Positions 61,614 through 64,000 of a stretch of 64,000 nt of DNA are shown piece after piece. Positions within the stretch are counted from its first letter, which is position 1. Each line of letters opens with the position of its first letter. The notes below the pieces were generated by a model that ran no database searches, was not told the DNA's origin, and saw only the letters and a program-made list of their open reading frames with translations. This DNA is from Phoronis australis. Its lineage: Eukaryota; Animalia; Phoronida. The stretch is taken from NCBI GenBank assembly GCA_002633005.1, contig NMRA01000529.1:237768-301767 (forward strand). Reading direction: 5' to 3'. A program made the position numbers and the translations under genes.

Positions 61614-63945
61614 CAGGGGCGGATCTACGTTTTCAGTAACGGGGGGTTTAGGATTCCCGCAAAGGTCGAATCCTAGGCGCGTGGCGCCGAGCGGGGGGAG
61701 GTCGTGTAAGACATTTTTTGTTTTTGGAGCCAAATAGTGAAATTTCCATGCATCCTGGTAAGTTTCTGGCACTTAACATGTCTCTGGAGTTTTTCTTAAG
61801 ATAATTAAAAACCTTCTCAATTTCGTCACATGAACTTGGCTCATAAATTTCATGAAACCTTATTGTGCACATCTGGGTATGAGTCACGCCACCAGCAAAA
61901 TTTTTTGTTGGAACATCTGCTTACACACACCTTTTTAGCATACAAAAAGTCATATACGAAAAAGTGTGGTGTGTATACAGGGGTTTAGACAACTTCCAAA
62001 TAAAGAGCGCAACGAGCACCGACAGGGCGTAAAAATTTGAATATCAGATGATCGCGTAACAGCAGCCTCAAGTTGTTTAAGAACGAAAACCTGTACTGTT
62101 AGTCCGGAAATAAACATGAGTTCTGTCTCGTTACGACAAAAACTAGCAAACGATGGTGCACTCAGCTCATAGTCTATTATTAAAAGCGACAATAAATAAT
62201 TAAGTATCACTTTATTAAGCTGAATCACAGTGACAACAATTGAAAAACGTCAAATGTATCATGTAACAAATCATCTGAAAACAGTTTCAGGAAACCAAAA
62301 CATCCTGTGTACAGTGGTGAAAACACATACTGGACCATTTTGCAGAGGGACCAGATGTACACTGAGAGTACACAAAAAGGCCGACCTGGCCCGTTACAAG
62401 ACCAAGAGTACACCTGTGCTTATTATCCCTATAAAAATAGTCGATCTGTCGCGGGACCAAACAGTACTGGCTGACATAAATAGTTTTAAAAAGCACACTT
62501 TGGTAAAAAATCACAAGACTAGTTCGCCGAGGGACCAGAAGTACACTGAAACTCAACATCTACACAAATCGTGCTGGCCTGGTCCGTTGCGAAATCTAAA
62601 GTGTACTATGCAAAAAATTTTGAATCAAAAACCTCTCTATAAACACTTTTTAATCCCCAGTGGTTACTCATACATTCTATCCTTCTGTTGTCTACACTGC
62701 CAAGGAATCTGTATATAGGATCCAATGGTTTGCTCGTCTTGGAAACATTCTACCCAGATACCTTCTATGTTTGTTCCCAACGCTTGCACTTCGTCAACTG
62801 CTGTGTCAATGAGCTTGTAAGCCTCTACAATGTCAGCATCTCGTTTCGCAGCTCAGTCGGCACGAAAACCTTGAGGTTGCCAAGTCCATTCAAAAGACTT
62901 ACATGTGCAACTTAATTTGATCCGTTCATCATGGACTACTTCAAACCTTGACGATGTATCCCAGGATCCATTTGCATCTCTTGCAATTTTCGAAATAAAC
63001 GTCCCAATGTCTGAACGCTTGAAACCCGAAGTACTAACATCAAATAAATGACCATGGGCATGAGCGTTTCATCGAGTGGGCCTTTCTGCGGAAATTCCCA
63101 GTATAGAAGACGGCAGTGTGCTTATTGCAGGTAGAAAGGCGGTAGGTGTTGAGGTCGGCACTAGACCTCCAAAGGAGGCCTATTGAAAATCGCACGAGTC
63201 CCGCAAGACTTTGTTGTGAAAGAACAGCCTCCGCACAATTTCTGGTACTGTACACTTTTCACGAATGCAATCACTTTGTCAATGTGAGTGCCCCCTTGGT
63301 CATTCTTTGAATAGACAAATAACTTGTTAGAGTGTATCTTCAAACGGACTCTCGACCAGATCACGGCGCCCGCCACAATAGCAATTCTTCGGAAAAAGAT
63401 TTTTTTTTCAAAAAAATTACATGTTCATGTACACTGTATGATATTGCGCAAGACAACTTTACTATACATCAGTTACAAACGAGTGGAGTGTAATAGAATG
63501 ACATGGCATGACAGATGAGGTTAAAACGTTGCACATCAATTCGCTTGAATATCAGAGTTGCGGCACCACAGTATTTCCCCTAATCAAATCAAAACATATC
63601 TTAGAGTAAAGAAGCTAGTTACCAAAAGAAATCAGATATAGAACTGCTCTTTCAGCGGTGGATCTATTTCAAATGCTTGGCTACGTCAGAAGTGTCGACG
63701 GAAGCGCGCGCATAATTGATCTCCGCGCGTTTTGCTGATGAGCCACGAAGACTCAGCAATTCACAATGCAAAAAATTATATTTTCAGAGTGAACCCCCCC
63801 TCAATTTTTTCCAAGTTGGTTTACTTGGGGTTTACACACGCTAGCGGTGCTGTTTTTGTTTTGCTGGAGACATTTATTTTTGGGTCCTGGCCCAAGGGGG
63901 AGTGGTTTAAACCCCCTGAACCCCACCCCCGTAGATCCGCCACTG
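61614..63945 (-). mobile_element. Decayed hAT-like element; far boundary uncertain
   Basis: Terminus CAGGGGCGGATCTAC at 61614. Minus-strand remnant RDADIVEAYKLIDTAVDEVQAL..IPWQCRQQ at ~62690-62850 resembles ZMYM1/PRKRIR-like hAT transposases. A complementary end GTAGATCCGCCACTG ends at 63945, but the 8-bp flanks do not match, and a second left-type end lies at 63653. Confidence 0.55.
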
Positions 63946-64000
63946 ACTCCACTCCATTCCGTAACCTTTTCGTGATGAACCGAAAATTGCCGTCCATCCG

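Noticed and set aside
63946-64000. Possible 5' half of the interrupted Sushi exon (contains an EWSG-like read)
   Set aside because: No RTC/GY Sushi pattern in the needed frame and no matching target duplication (TCAGACTG versus ACTCCACT).

Overview
Eukaryotic genomic DNA from an AT-rich, intron-rich draft assembly, probably a marine invertebrate (inference). It has three N-gaps and several single-N contig joins. The main gene is a minus-strand adhesion GPCR. I assembled 15 GT-AG exons by hand between 60889 and 25008; their phases are consistent and give about 900 codons with no internal stop. Domain order is Sushi/CCP, two ephrin-receptor-like Cys repeats, GAIN with an intact HL|T GPS site, then 7TM; the 5' end lies beyond the window. 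A symmetric 270-bp PAN/Apple-like exon sits inside the GAIN domain, and an upstream Sushi exon is cut by a hAT-like insertion. Introns and flanks hold many transposons: two TTAA-flanked Kolobok-type elements, two Sola3-type, two ISL2EU-type, a Harbinger derivative, a hAT remnant, LINE fragments, tRNA-derived SINEs and MITEs. Both Kolobok-type elements pair a decayed THAP transposase with a convergent gene homologous to the P2X7 ballast/nanor domain, and in one element that gene is intact. An orphan C-type lectin exon lies near 5 kb. All family assignments come from motif recognition, not database searches.
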